This document shows, in pieces, positions 22,601 to 37,600 of a stretch of 64,000 bases of DNA. Position 1 is the first letter of the stretch, and every line of letters begins with the position of its first letter. A program made the translations under genes and the position numbers. The notes beneath the pieces are model-generated. The model was not told the origin of the DNA and did no database searches. It saw only the letters and a list, made by a program, of their open reading frames with translations. Location: positions 2,728,001-2,792,000 of the forward strand of contig OZ365115.1 in the NCBI GenBank assembly GCA_977030845.1, written 5' to 3'. This DNA comes from Fimbriosthenelais zetlandica. Lineage: Eukaryota.

Positions 22601-25600
22601 AGGGATAATTGCCTGCTGATTCTTGCAGTGATTCATGCCAGTGGGACCTGTCTACAAGACAATAGGTGAAAAGTTCATAAATTCCAGCCAGAAATGAAAT
22701 GCTGCAACAATTGAAGGGAAAAGTCAGCAATCGAGATCTACATCTACATAATATGAACTGCACCACACATCCAAGTATGTGACTGAAACATATAACCAAA
22801 ATAACGCCCCTACTACAACAGGAGAAATTGGAGGACAAAAGTAGGAAATTTGGCAAGAATTGTAAATCTTCAATATCTAAAGGATATCTTTATGATTTGG
22901 TAGATTAATAGGGAACACCCTAGGGACAATTGCCTGCTGATTCTTGCAGTGATTCATGCTAGTGGGACCTGTCTACAAGACCATAGGTGAAAAGTTCATA
23001 AATTCCAGCCAGAAATGAAATGCTTCAACAATTGAAGGGAAAGGTCAGCAATCGAGATCTACATCTACATAATATGAACCCCACCACACATCCAAGTATG
23101 TGACTGACACATATAACCAAAATAACGCCCCTACTACAACAGGAGAAATTGGAGGACAAAAGTAGGAAATTTGGCAAGAATTGTAAATCTTCAATATCTA
23201 AAGTATATCATTATGATTTGGTACACTAATAGGGCACACCCTAGGGATAATTGCCTGCTGATTCTTGCAGTGATTCATGCCAGTGGGACCTGTCTACAAG
23301 ACCATAGGTGAAAAGTTCATAAATTCCAGCCAGAAATGAAATGCTTCAACAATTGAAGGGAAAGGTCAGCAATCGAGATCTACATCTACATAATATGAAC
23401 CCCACCACACATCCAAGTATGTGACTGACACATATAACCAAAATAACGCCCCTACTACCATGGGATAAATTGGAGGACAAAAGTAGGAAATTTGGCAAGA
23501 ATTGTAAATCTTCAATATCTAAAGTATATCATTATGATTTGGTACACTAATAGGGCACACCCTAGGGATAATTGCCTGCTGATTCTTGCAGTGATTCATG
23601 CCAGTGGGACCTGTCTACAAGACAATAGGTGAAAAGTTCATAAATTCCAGCCAGAAAAGAAATGATGCAACAATTGAAGGGAAAAGTCAGCAATCGAGAT
23701 CTACATCTACATAATATGAACTCCACCACACATCCAAGTATGTGACTGAAACATATAACCAAAATAACACCCCTACTACCATGAGATAAATTGGAGGCCA
23801 AAAGTAGGAAAATTTGCAAGAATTGTAAATCTTCAATATCGAAAGGATATCTTTATGATTTGGTACACTAATAGGGCACACCCTAGGGGTAATTGCCTGG
23901 TGATTCTTGCAGTGATTCATGCCAGTGGGACCTGTCTACAAGACAATAGGTGAAAAGTTCATAAATTCCAGCCAGAAATGAAATGATGCAATAATTGAAG
24001 GGAAAAGTCAGCAATCGAGATTTAGATCTACATAAAATGAACCCCACCACACATCCAAGTATGTGACTGACACAAATAACCAAAATAATGCTCCTACTAC
24101 AACAGGGGAAATTGGAGGACAAAAGTAGGAAATTTGGCAAGAATTGTAAATCTTCAATACCTAGAGTATATTCTTATGATTTGGTACATTAATAGGGCAC
24201 ACCCTAGGGATAATTGCCTGCTGATTCTTGCAGTGATTCATGCCAGTGGGACCTGTCTACAAGACCATAGGTCAAAAGTTCATAAATTCCAGGCAAAAAT
24301 GAAATGATGCAACAATTGAAGGGAAAAGTCAGCAATCGAGATTTAGATCTACATAATATGAACCCCACCACACATCCAAGTATGTGACTGACACATATAA
24401 CCAAAATAACGCCCCTACTACCATGGGATTAATTGGAGGACAAAAGTAGGAAACTTTGCAAGAATTGTAAATCTTCAATATCTAAAGTATATCATTATGA
24501 TTTGGTACACTAATAGGGCACACCCTAGGGATAATTGCCTGCTGATTCTTGCAGTGATTCATGCCAGTGGGACCTGTCTACAAGACAATAGATGAAAAGT
24601 TCATAAATTCCAGCCAGAAAAGAAATGATGCAACAATTGAAGGGAAAAGTCAGCAATCGAGATCTACATCTACATAATATGAACTCCACCACACATCCAA
24701 GTATGTGACTGAAACATATAACCAAAATAACGCCCCTACTACAACAGGAGAAATTGGAGGACAAAAGTAGGAAATTTGGCAAGAATTGTAAATCTTCAAT
24801 ATCTAAAGTATATCTTTATGATTTGGTACACTAATAGGGCACACCCTAGGGACAATTGCCTGCTGATTCTTGCAGTGATTCATGCCAGTGGGACCTGTCT
24901 ACAAGAACATAGGTGAAAAGTTCATAAATTCCAGCCAGAAATGAAATGCTGCAACAATTGAAGGGAAAAGTCAGCAATCGAGATCTACATCTACATAATA
25001 TGAACCCCACCACACATCCAAGTATGTGACTGACACATATAACCAAAATAACGCCCCTACTACCATGGGATAAATTGGAGGACAAAAGAAGGAAATTTGG
25101 CAAGAATTGTAAATCTTCAATATCTAAAGTATATCTTTATGATTTGGTACACTAATAGGGCACACCCTAGGGACAATTGCCTGCTGATTCTTGCAGTGAT
25201 TCATGCCAGTGGGACCTGTCTACAAGACCATAGATCAAAAGTTCATAAATTCCAGCCAGAAATGAAATGCTGCAACAATTGAAGGGAAAAGTCAGCAAAT
25301 GAGAACTACTTCTACATAATATGAACCCCACCACACATCCAAGTATGTGACTGACACATATAACTAAAATAATGAGCCTACTACAAGAGAAATTGGAGGA
25401 CAAGGGTAGGAAACTTGGCAAGAATTGTAAATCTTCAATATCTAAAGTATATCATTATGATTTGGTACACTAATAGGGCACACCCTAGGGATAATTGCCT
25501 GCTGATTCTTGCAGTGATTCATGCCAGTGGGACCTGTCTACAAGAACATAGGTGAAAAGTTCATAAATTCCAGCCAGAAATGAAATGCTGCAACAATTGA

Positions 25601-28600
25601 AGGGAAAAGTCAGCAATCGAGATCTACATCTACATAATATGAACCCCACCACACATCCAAGTATGTGACTGACACATATAACCAAAATAACGCCCCTACT
25701 ACAACAGTGGAAATTGGAGGACAAGGGTAGGAAACTTGGCAAGAATTGTAAATCTTCAATATCTAAAGTATATCATTATGATTTGGTACACTAATAGGGC
25801 ACACCCTAGGGATAATTGCCTGCTGATTCTTGCAGTGATTCATGCCAGTGGGACCTGTCTACAAGACCATAGGTGAAAAGTTCATAAATTCCAGCCAGAA
25901 ATGAAATGCTGCAACAATTGAAGGGAAAAGTCAGCAATCGAGATCTACATCTACATAATATGAACCCCACCACACATCCAAGTATGTGACTGACACATAT
26001 AACCAAAATAACGCCCCTACTACAACAGTGGAAATTGGAGGACAAGGGTAGGAAACTTGGCAAGAATTGTAAATCTTCAATATCTAAAGGATATCTTTAT
26101 GATTTGGTACACTAATAGGGCACACCCTAGGGATAATTGCCTGCTGATTCTTGCAGTGATTCATGCCAGTGGGACCTGTCTACAAGACCATAGATCAAAA
26201 GTTCATAAATTCCAGCCAGAAATGAAATGCTGCAACAATTGAAGGGAAAAGTCAGCAAATGAGAACTACTTCTACATAACATGAACCCCACCACACATCC
26301 AAGTATGTGACTGACACATATAACCAAAATAACGCCCCTACTACAACAGGGGAAATTGGAGGACAAAAGTAGGAAATTTGGCAAGAATTGTAAATCTTCA
26401 ATATCTAAAGTATATCCTTATGATTTGGTACACTAATAGGGCACACCCTAGGGATAATTGCCTGCTGATTCTTGCAGTGATTCATGCCAGTGGGACCTGT
26501 CTACAAGACCATAGGTCAAAAGTTCATAAATTCCAGGCAAAAATGAAATGCTGCAACGATTGAAGGGAAAAGTCAGCAATCGAGATTTAGATCTACATAA
26601 TATGAACCCCACCACACATCCAAGTATGTGACTGACACATATAACCAAAATAATGCCCCTACTACAACAGGGGAAATTGGAGGACAAAAGTAGGAAATTT
26701 GGCAAGAATTGTAAATCTTCAATATCTAAAGTATATCCTTATGATTTGGTACATTAATAGGGCACACCCTAGGGATAATTGCCTGCTGATTCTTGCAGTG
26801 ATTCATGCCAGTGGGACCTGTCTACAAGACAATAGGTGAAAAGTTCATAAATTCCAGCCAGAAATGAAATGCTTCAACAATTGAAGGGAAAAGTCAGCAA
26901 TCGAGATCTACATCTACATAATATAAACCCCACCACACATCCAAGTATGTGACTGACATGTATAACCAAAATAACGCCCCTACTACCATGGGATAAATTG
27001 GAGGACAAAAGTAGGAAATTTGGCAAGAATTGTAAATCTTCAATATCTAAAGTATATCTTTATGATTTGGTACACTAATAGGGCACACCCTAGGGAAAAT
27101 TGCCTGCTGATTCTTGCAGTGATTCATGCCACTGGGACCTGTCTACAAGGCCATAGGAGAAAAGTTCATAAATTCCAGCCAGAAATGAAATGCTTCAACA
27201 ATTGAAGGGAACGGTCAGCAATCGAGATCTACATCTACATAATATAAACCCCACCACACATCCAAGTATGTGACTGACATGTATAACCAAAATAACGCCC
27301 CTACTACCATGGGATAAATTGGAGGACAAAAGTAGGAAATTTGGCAAGAATTGTAAATCTTCAATATCTAAAGTATATCCTTATGATTTGGTACATTAAT
27401 AGGGCACACCCTAGGGATAATTGCCTGCTGATTCTTGCAGTGATTCATGCCAGTGGGACCTGTCTACAAGACCATAGATCAAAAGTTCATAAATTCCAGG
27501 CAAAAATGAAATGCTGCAACGATTGAAGGGAAAAGTCAGCAATCGAGATTTAGATCTACATAATATGAACCCCACCACACATCCAAGTATGTGACTGACA
27601 CATATAACCAAAATAATGCCCCTACTACAACAGGGGAAATTGGAGGACAAAAGTAGGAAATTTGGCAAGAATTGTAAATCTTCAATATCTAAAGTATATC
27701 CTTATGATTTGGTACATTAATAGGGCACACCCTAGGGATAATTGCCTGCTGATTCTTGCAGTGATTCATGCCAGTGGGACCTGTCTACAAGACCATAGGT
27801 CAAAAGTTCATAAATTCCAGCCAGAAATGAAATGATCCAATAATTGAAGGGAAAAGTCAGGAATCGAGATCTACATCTACATAATATGAACCCCACCACA
27901 CATCCAAGTATGTGACTGACAAATATAACCAAAATAACGCCCCTACTACAACAGGGGAAATTGGAGGACAAAAGTAGGAAATTTGGCAAGAATTGTAAAT
28001 CTTCAATATCTAAAGTATATCCTTATGATTTGGTACATTAATAGGGCACACCCTAGGGATAATTGCCTGCTGATTCTTGCAGTGATTCATGCCAGTGGGA
28101 CCTGTCTACAAGACCATAGGTCAAAAGTTCATAAATTCCAGCCAGAAATGAAATGATACAACAATTGAAGGGAAAAGTCAGCAATCAAGATCTACATCTT
28201 CATAATATGAACCCCACCACACATCCAAGTTTGTGACTGACACATATAACCAAAATAACACCCCTACTACAAGAAGAGAAATTTTTGGACAAAAGTAGGA
28301 AATTTGGCAAGAATTGTAAATCTTCAATATCTAAAGTATATCCTTATGATTTGGTACATTAATAGGGAACACCCTAGGGATAATTGCCTGCTGATTCTTG
28401 CAGTGATTCATGCTAGTGGGACCTGTCTACAAGACCATAGGTGAAAAGTTCATAAATTCCAGCCAGAAATGAAATGCTGCAACAATTGAAGGGAAAAGTC
28501 AGCAATCGAGATCTACATCTACATAATATGAACCCCACCACACATCCAAGTATGTGACTGACACATATAACCAAAATAACACCCCTACTACCATGGGATA

Positions 28601-31600
28601 AATTGGAGGACAAAAGTAGGAAATTTGGCAAGAAATGTAAATCTTCAATATCTAAAGGATATCTTTATGATTGGGTACACTAAAAGGGCACACCCTAGGG
28701 ACAATTGCCTGCTGATTCTTGCAGTGATTCATGCCAGTGGGACCTGTCTACAAGAACATAGGTGAAAAGTTCATAAATTTCAGCCAGAAATGAAATGCTG
28801 CAACAATTGAAGGGAAAAGTCAGCAATCGAGATCTACTTTTACATAATATGAACCCCACCACACATCCAAGTATGTGACTGAAACATATAACCAAAATAA
28901 CGCCCCTACTACAACAGGAGAAATTGGAGGACAAAAGTAGGAAATTTGGCAAGAATTGTAAATCTTCAATATCTAAAGGATATCTTTATGATTGGGTACA
29001 CTAAAAGGGCACACCCTAGGGACAATTGCCTGCTGATTCTTGCAGTGATTCATGCCAGTGGGACCTGTCTACAAGACCATAGGTGAAAAGTTCATAAATT
29101 CCAGCCAGAAATGAAATGCTGCAACAATTGAAGGGAAAAGTCAGCAATCAAGATCTACATCTACATAATATGAACCCCACCACACATCCAAGTATGTCAC
29201 TTACATATATAATCAAAATAACGCCCCTACTCATAGGGTACACCCTGGGGATAATTGCCTGATTATTCTTGCAGTGAAAAATATCTAGACTGTGGAGATG
29301 ACATTCTAAGTATTGGCACTGATCTATATGTGATCTGGTGAGCTTGACGCTATAACCAGCTACACAAATAATAAGAGACGCTCTATAAAGGAAATCCTCA
29401 AACATCTTATTGCTTCTAACGAGACCCCCCTACATTAACACTACAGAGCGAACAGGGGACCTCAGAAATATACATGTAGTTATATAATATAAAAATATAG
29501 ATTATGAGACATTCCCCTGGAGTAGAGAGTGGAGAGTGGTGTAGAGGGAGGAGAGTGGTGTAGAGGGAGGACACGCCTGAATGGTTACAGCTATGTTTAC
29601 ATCACATGTATAGTAACCATGGCAATGGCTGACTGGTCACAGAGTGTTAGGGCCTGGAGGGGTAAGAAGCAGAGTGCTGGCGAGACCACTTAAACATAGC
29701 CCTAATGGATAATAAGAGAAATGATCTCACACGGTATTCTTAAAGAAAAGAGGGCTTCAGTTTGTCAGTGAGTACTTGGTTAACGTCTTAGCTGCAGTTA
29801 AGATATTGGCTGTTCCAATTCAAGAAAGTAGGATGTGCTACTAAGAAAATAAATTATATTTCTTGTGCACTATACTTTGTCAGCGAATAGCATTTTGCTC
29901 TTCCAATTTAACAAGTATGAATCATACTATGGGCAGAAAAACCTAAGAAGTGAAAATATATGAAAATGAAATGATTTGATCTAATACTCACCATGTTGGT
30001 CGGCTTGAGGGGGGCAGGCCGTGCCCCCATACATGGCCAGTTGTAACACCCTCCTGGTACGCACCTTGTAGCTATGGTAACCACATGAGTGGCTACAGCC
30101 GGACCACAGTGACCACTCACTTAGTTTACAATCCTCGGGGCAGAGGGCGCTACAGATGCGCGTTTTAGCCGGCTTCGTCTGCGCATGACACAGCGTCTCG
30201 TTGACATGGTAACCTGCAATCACAAGAGTGGAATTGTGGGTAATTATAATGACAATCTGCAGGAGCCATGAATGTCAATTATTCAGTACAAGCTGCTTGG
30301 GGAAAAGCCGGGTTTTTGAGGATGGGATGGAAAGGAGTGGTGACTTGAATACAATCCTAGCAGAAGATGAAATGGAGATTTTCACTGAGTAGAAATGATT
30401 CCACAACACAGGCATTTTACACGTCTATAATTCACAATAATGCACGGTGCAAACACTGACTAGGGGGCGCGGATCAATTGAACCATCGGAATTTGAAATT
30501 TTCAAAATGTATTAACACCCAAATATATTCAATATATTATAATAAGGTCACATCTGAAACATCTCTATCGCATAAGCTATCCTGTCTGCTATCTCGCATC
30601 TATCTTGATAGTGATCGTCCTGTTTAATTCAGTAGAAGGATGTAGGGATGTAGTGCAATATGAACCATTGGAATTTGTGAGTTCTTACTACGAAACTCAG
30701 AAAATCTGGCAAGATAAATGATGGTTCGTTTAAAAGTTTAAACAAGATTCACGACGTATCGTGGGGTCTCGCCATCTGATATAAAACTAGCTTAAATGCA
30801 CTAAATTAAACCATTACTCCCGGCGGTAAAAGCTACCATTAGACCATCTAATAAGCTATACGTTTATTAGCGTCATCTTTCATACTAATGAGGCTTATTA
30901 AGTAAGGGGGACACTGTATAATTCATATTGATTTAAGACAGAGTGGGAGGGGAGGGGGGACAGAATGTAATCTGCAGCAGAAGGCTTCCCTTCAGGGATT
31001 CAACATATAAAGTCGGTGACATAGTTCTAGCTAGAAGACGTAGAATTATTAAAGATCATTGGGATTTATGCCTCAGGCATATGTTGGTTCATTTCATCAA
31101 AAGTGTGATGGAGCGAGGGAGAGAGGAGGGATGATGGAAGGTCATTTATAACCATATAACTATAAGGGAAAAGCCCCTCATTTGCATCTAATGTTAAGTG
31201 AAGAACTGACAAAAGTACCAATAAAATCCTTAAAAACATTATTGGCTGATCTGATTAGTATTTGACACAGACGATTATATAATATGATATTTCACACATT
31301 CATGTGCTGTAGTTCTTTAGACATCCATATCACAATCTCAAGGTAGGGAATATTACTATAACAGGGGTACCATTGATTTCACATAACTACCCAATTATGA
31401 AGGCACATCAAAGTAGTGAATCTCATATGAACACACATTACTTTTTTTCCACAATTCAATGCCCCTTGATTTAAAAGTTTAAATTTGTGGGTCTTTGAAG
31501 TAGTCCGGCATTGGGAAGATCAAAGCTCCCAGAAGGATTTAAAATCAAACAACTGCAGATGGAATTCTTAAGATTTACATCAAAGTTTAACTGCCTTTAA

Positions 31601-34600
31601 GATGGAGATGCACTGAGAGATGAGTAACAGATTTAAAAGTGGATCCAGCCTAAAGTGAAACTGGGAGTTTAGCTTAATATGGTTGTACAATGGCCTGAAA
31701 TGTGTGGGTCTAAAAGAGGAACAGGTCCAAAAGTGAAAGTGATCTAAAAGTGAAACTGAAAGTAAAACTAACCTGGATCCATTTCGCAGTGGACGCTGCG
31801 GGTCTGAATGCCTGTACCGTTACCACAGGGGGCGCTGGCGTTACCCATCCTGATACACGGAGACCAGGGTGACGTCTGCCACAGATACGTCCTACACGGC
31901 CGCCGGTTACACACGCGGGACTGCTCCAACTGATCCGCCCGTAGACATGGCGGCGCGGTGTCATTACCTGAAAACAAATAACATGTAATAATTTATACTA
32001 ATATCAAGATAAAACTCAGACAATTATAGTAGTGGTCATGAATGAATGGAGGAATGGGACATGGAGAGGAATGGAAACAGGAGGAGAGAGTAACTGAGAG
32101 CAATACAGAAAGGAATAATGGAAGAAAAACAAGGATAGGGTGACAGGAAAGATAGAAGGAAGGACAGAAGGAAGATACAATTTATACTGCAAGGATAGAC
32201 ATCCAGACAGAAAGTAGGAAGGAATTAATTGCGCGGAAGTAGAGAACAAAGGACGAAACTTTAGAAGTAGAAACTGGAAAGACTAGAATAAAGATTATGT
32301 ACGCACAGGAAAGTGAATAAAAGGTTAAAGGAAAAACGTGATGAAAGGTGAAATGTGAGAGCTTCAGTACAGTACAAATAAAGCTGCAAAACTGTGTAAT
32401 TTAAAAACAACTCATTAGCAAAAACACCTATAAAAGGGTGTAAAAATTAATGTCTTAAAACTAACTAGTTTTGAGCAAATAAGAAAGTGGCATCATCCCT
32501 TTCAAAGAGAACTGAAAGTTTTCAAAGGAAGTTAATAGAAAAAAGGTAATTCAATTCCATTATGCCAGTTTCTAATACAATGGGAATTCCCCAGTTGGGG
32601 AGAAAAAACTAACATTAACGAGTCGTTTTCGGGATGTTGAGAGAAACCAGTTTTCCCAGAGCACAACTAATGAAAGCACTAATTGAAGTGAACATAAAAA
32701 GGCGGGAAATTTAAACGAGAGTTTTATTGAATCTTTAAGTTTTATTGTGACATTGAGAAGTATTAACGAGAAGGAACTCTACCGTAAATACTCGAAGGGA
32801 CAAACAGGGGAATGTTAATCTGTGTACCACAGTTAACTGTGATGGGAAAGAGTTTTCAGGTTAAAGTGCATAGCGTGACTTTATTCAGCATTTTGTGATA
32901 ACACTGATTTGCTTTTTAATCTTACTTTTTCCCCTGAGGTTCATCCATCGAAAAATTCATCCATTTGTTCAATATTCCATTCATAGATCTGTAGTTCCAA
33001 GATCCACCTATCCATTTGTCAATCCATCCATCCATCCATCCATTCATTGGAGCATCCATCCATTCATACATCTATCAATTCATCCAATCAAACATCCATC
33101 CATTCATCCATCAACCCATCTTACTTATAATCCCTGACATCTCAAACTAACTAAGATTCTGGAGGCCCAGCAATCATTGGTTTTACCTTAGCATGTTTAC
33201 TGCATAATAACCAGGCAAAATGTCCATTTTTGAAGGTCCACCTTATTTTAAAAACTCATTTTGTTTCGTGTTTTTACGCTTTACTTTCACTAATGCATTT
33301 TCAGGCGGTCAGGACACGGTTACCATGGAAATAATCATCATCATCACGAACGTCAACAAGTATTAGGAGGTTTTGGATCAATTTGATCATATTGATAATG
33401 GATTTGATAAAAGAAGTTGCTCAAAATGTATTTAATTCTGAAAAAAACCTATTTAAAACTTTAATGAAGCAAATTTGCCACTGTCTTCTCGCTTTCGATT
33501 TGAAATTAATCAACAAAGGAAAAGACACAAATATTCTTTATTCGTCATGTTGCAAAAGGTGTTGTGAATCTTTGCAATGAAGATAAATGCAACCCATTAA
33601 ATGTTTAAAAGCTGGGTCATTGCACGTAGTCAACGACCATCACAAGGTAACAACGTCGGTCGCAACACAGCTAGTAAATCAGCAGTTAAACAGGTGTCCC
33701 CCCATGGGACGGCCTTCGATTATTTTTAGGAAAGTGCTTTCTTCTGAGAGGAAAGGCATAGCGCGTACAAAAATGTCAACTTAACCCATGGCTATCACAA
33801 CATACGAATGGCTGTAGCAACATTGCAACTACCAACTCTTGCAACATACCCAAATACGCCAGTATAGATCTACTTACCAAGTATGTATCTCGTCCGTTGT
33901 TGCGTCCCGCCCCTGGCGCCACATGTCACTGAACACGTGCCCCACGGCGACCAATCAGAGACCTGGCAGTCTTTAGCACAGGGGACGACACAGCTCTGCT
34001 GGGTGGGGGGTTTAGGTGTAGTCGAGCAGTTCCCGTCTGGGAGCACCTCATCCAGAGCATTAATACAGTACACGTTACGAACCTGGCTACCAGATCCACA
34101 GGCGCGTGATCCAAAATTAGTGAGGAAACAACGCGTCCACTGACCTGTGAAATGTAGGAAATTCAAACATTTAGCTCTATGGTAAGGATTGGTAGGCACA
34201 TGGAAACAATGAAGGACGGTTAACATCTGTAGTTTTCAGTTTTCGACCTGTGGACAAAGGAAAGGTTCAAATAGTATCATCTAAAAGGAGAAATCAATTG
34301 TGGTAATCATATTAAATCTCTAACACAATAGCATGTCATAGCTCACAAATTAAAGCTATTGTTATGTACAAATCTCGGTCGGAGAGATTCTGTCTCGATC
34401 TAGACACATGTTGGTTTTGTCTTTCTAAATTGAAACCTGTATTTAACATATTTTTAGCAATACACCTGGTGGAAAGATAACAAAATTCAAACGTGGATGT
34501 CAAGCTTCAGTGTTTTGCCTATGAAATAACCATTCAGAAATTCAATTTTCATTGTAAGTTAGCAGCACCCGCGAGCAACGAAATCATTGAGCTACCCCAT

Positions 34601-37600
34601 TACAGGTAGACTGAGAGTAGGAAGGACATGTGTGTGTTGTCTGGTCAGCCTGGTCAGCCTGGTCAGCCTGGTCAGCTATAATTGGCTAGTTCTACCTGAC
34701 CTCATCACCCATGATTGATGGGGTGAGTGAATGAGTAGCTGTATGAACTTTATATATACTCCTCTCATCCCAGCCAGGCAGGAAGCCAGCACGTGCTTCC
34801 CCTCCATAAACACCCACATACATCATGTCTATAATCAGCTGCTAATTCTCACCTAATCAATTCTCATTCTGCTCGCCTTGATCACTAATATCCCGATAAC
34901 AATCCAAGCTGATATTCCTACACCTAGCTAGCTCATGGAAAGTGCCCTTACATGAGATTTTACTGTTACAAATACTAGAAATTTCACAGTCCAAGAGGAG
35001 ACAATGTAATTGTACCCGCTATATAGGAAACTAGACATCCCGAATCTCCAGAATACATAATATTATAGATTCACAAAACAAGATTAGGTTTACATTTACA
35101 TGACATTTTACTGTACCATTATCTACAGGGAATTCTACTTTATAGACCAGTTGCTAGTAGTGATTTTAATCTACGATTAGAAGAAAGTTCCATAGCTAGA
35201 TCTTCATTTATAATACAATTTCTGTGCTATTGAAATACCTTGTCTATCATTCTTATGTATGAAATACATCCCTACAGTAGATTTCTTTTAGACTTTATCC
35301 CAGTATCGTGATATAGATTACCTCTTACAGTATATAAAGTAGTTCTCAATGCAGCAGGTCCTTCACCAGGCTATCAGACATTAATAATGCAGGTCCTGCT
35401 CGTCTCATAGGGTCAGAGCTTTACTATTGTGATATCAGACTCTCCCCCGCCTTCAAAGCTCCCCGAGTCACGGGTGCTTCTCACTTCTCTACTCTACATG
35501 CCCCCCGTGCCTATATCAAAGACCTGGTAGATTTGACAAGGGAGATGTTATACCAGGGGAATTTACATCGCCTGGACATTGTTTGACCAAAACATTATAG
35601 ACAAATATGATGTATAATAAGCTCAGTAAAGGCTTTATGATTTTGGTTTTTCCTCAGAAAGTTTGGAGCTCCGAATCATAATATCATAACTCATATCCGA
35701 TGACCGAAGGGTTGGCAGTTCAATCCCCGCCTCAGGGGGTGTTGGTGTTGTGTATGTTCTAGAACACCTGTACCTGGAAACTACCTGTTACAGAGAAGGC
35801 ATCACAGGCATGGATTTAGAATGAGCTACTCCCATGTGAGGTACCCCCGTATGAGAAACTCCCATATGTGAGATAATACGAATGTAAAATGTGTAATGTT
35901 GTAATAATGTACTAACCAATATGCCACCAGTGGCAGGCGACCTCTTCACAAGACTTGGTCTCAAACCTGTCTCCACACTCCGCTCCTTCCCGTGTGGGAG
36001 GCATCAGGATGGGCTTCTGTCTGCAATAGTAAAAAAATACTCAAATTTAAATTATTATGATTATTGGGTAAGTCCACTGGGATTCTTTTTCCTAGCAAAT
36101 ATAATTGCGGCTAGCTCTTGTGGCTGACTTTCCTATGGCCTCAACTACTTTATATACATGTCTGATCTGCCACTCGCAAATTAGAGTACAATATAGGCAT
36201 CCATTAGCAAACCTCTGTTAGAGCAGTCACACTTGCGGCAGAAAGTCCGGTGGAGCTATTCCATTAACAGACATAATGCAGCTAGATATCACTCCTACCC
36301 ACTCTGTAGAAGTGGATATCACTTTGGGTCTACCAAACTCATTAACAGATAGACAAACTCGAATGGACACTTAATTCAAATAAAGCAATAGACAAAACTC
36401 AATGGGTTTTTTAATGTAGGCCTAATCAAGGTGCTCGTTCTCGTTCCTTTCTCCTTTTTTTCGTTATTCTAGATCATTTATCTTGACCTGACGGAAACCA
36501 GGGAACAAATCATTTGCCTGAGATGGTCAATGAATAAAAAATAAATTTAAAAAAAACTGGAACTTTCAATTTAATCAGGGCAATAGACACAAATCAATAG
36601 AACTATGAATCCAATCTAAATCATAAACACAACTAGAAATGATTTAATATAATAAGGATAACCAAAACAATATTCACCTCCATATCAATTCTTGTCTGGG
36701 CCTAAAATAACTACCGCCAATATTTTTAACCATTCACCTTTTCTGCAGTAATATCGGGGGGAGTCCTAATGGTACAAGGACTCAACTGGTAGCTAACATT
36801 TAGACTGGCTCTATTTTGACAGAGATTGTTGTCAGAGAAATGTTTGCAGAGGAAGAAAAAGTGGCTAACAAGACAGGAGCCGACAAAAATAGCCAAGCTA
36901 GGGTGAGAGTTACCACTCAGCTAGTGAAATAATATTTATACATTTTGGGTCCTAATATAATACACATTTGATGGCCTAGATATGGGGGGTAAGTATACAG
37001 TGAGTTGTGAGATAGAGGGGTGGGTTTGAGGTTAGATTAACATACTCATTTACAACTCTAATCAGTGGGCATCCAAAGCAGATTATGTTCTCTTGAAGAT
37101 CAGAATATCGTTGCATTTAAGAATCGCTAAATTAGAAGGGTTGCCCCAGAAATCTGATAATCAAATTCCATGACTTTTCCAGGATTTTCAAGAACCCAAA
37201 ATGGTTATTTCAAAGACTTTTTCAGGGCGTTCACTCTTCGACTGTTCCAGAGATAAATTGAACCGCTGCTGTCTGTCGAAAAGAGCAGACATTTAACCAA
37301 TTAATGAAACCTGAGTTAAGCAATAAGCTCACCTGACCCTAACTCCGCCTGTACCACAGCTGTGAGTACAGGCTGACCAGTTCTGCCACTCCCCTAACTG
37401 ACAGTCTGACGGACAGTCCACCTTACACGACTCCTCTCCCGCCGGCCGCACCAGCCAGCTGCTGTTACCACGAGAGCTCAAATCTGCAACATCAATAAAG
37501 AGTTTTTTAAATTATTAATTTGTATTATTAATTACACAAGTCTACAATAACATTATGAAAGTGATAGAGTTAATAAGACCCTAGTGGGCTTGTTGATCCC

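Noticed and set aside
22599-28952. Recurring 85-aa minus-strand ORFs (MPNFLLLSS...ESAGNYP) and 61-aa plus-strand ORFs in the array
   Set aside because: They start at TTG, repeat only because the DNA repeats, are broken in several copies, resemble no known protein and cannot be spliced into the TSP1 frame; not a Dscam-like exon array.
30452-30470. CTCF-like motif tgactagggggcgc (and a similar one at ~50742-50758)
   Set aside because: Single imperfect matches within repeat-like sequence; not supportable without ChIP data.
30985-31075. YKVGDIVLARRRRIIKDHWDL, reminiscent of a BEL/Pao or Gypsy integrase C-terminus
   Set aside because: Too short, with no other LTR-element features nearby; may be chance.
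14440-34144. Exons beginning with donor-like hexamers (GTAAGC at 14445, GTAATG at 31967, GTCAGT at 34144) as recursive sites
   Set aside because: Explained by coding needs (split Gly codons or a Val codon) and the upstream introns are short.
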